64,000 nucleotides of DNA from Callorhinchus milii (Eukaryota). The position numbers and the translations under genes are program-made. The first letter of the stretch is position 1; the number at the start of each line of letters is the position of its first letter. Positions 63,785 to 64,000 of the stretch are shown one piece after another. The stretch lies in NCBI RefSeq assembly GCF_018977255.1, contig NW_024704742.1, positions 1,242,001-1,306,000 of the forward strand. Direction: 5' to 3'. The notes beneath the pieces were generated by a model that did not search any database, was not told the DNA's origin, and saw nothing but the letters and a program-made list of their open reading frames with translations.

Positions 63785-64000
63785 TGGTGTTCGCGCAGCA
63801 TAGAAGTCCCGTTGCTCGCAAGCGAGAGGACCCGGGTTCGATTCCCGGGCGGGCTGAAACCTTGGTCGACTTTCCTTGCTCCACACTTCTTTGTTGACCC
63901 GGCCGTAAGTAGGAACCCTGTTGTGAGTCGATTGGTGGATCGCTCTCCGGGGGTAATAATAATAATAATAATCCTTGCATTTGATATAGCGCTTTTCACG
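63785..64000. mobile_element. 5' half of a + strand long-form SINE joined to the tail of a - strand young SINE (runs off the window)
   Basis: Head and internal segment to ~63955, then (TAA)n + ccttgcatttgatatagcgcttttcacg. Confidence 0.82.

Overview
Eukaryotic (vertebrate) genomic DNA. The repeat content points to a cartilaginous fish, probably a holocephalan such as the elephant shark (inference). The whole window appears to lie within one minus-strand, intron-rich gene, FAM13A. I read 16 coding exons from 43008 down to the stop at 4493. All have GT-AG boundaries and consistent phases, and together give about 697 codons of the C-terminal part. A ~3.4 kb 3'UTR probably ends near an AATAAA at 1122-1127. 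I found no RhoGAP-encoding exons, so they presumably lie beyond 64000. The best finding is an extra 66-nt in-frame exon (21313-21378) matching a cassette segment I recall from the paralog FAM13B and not from canonical human FAM13A. Introns hold three generations of tRNA-headed Deu-type SINEs, their likely L2 LINE partner (shared 3' stem-loop tail), CR1 3' ends, Penelope-like remnants with a decayed hammerhead-like core, nested insertions with readable target-site duplications (TSDs), a perfect 18-bp hairpin, and a possible ~2.7 kb inversion or misassembly. Nearly all ORF-track entries are chance ORFs. There is no CRISPR array or prokaryote-type system. Family and homology calls rest on recalled sequences, not database searches, and repeat boundaries are approximate.
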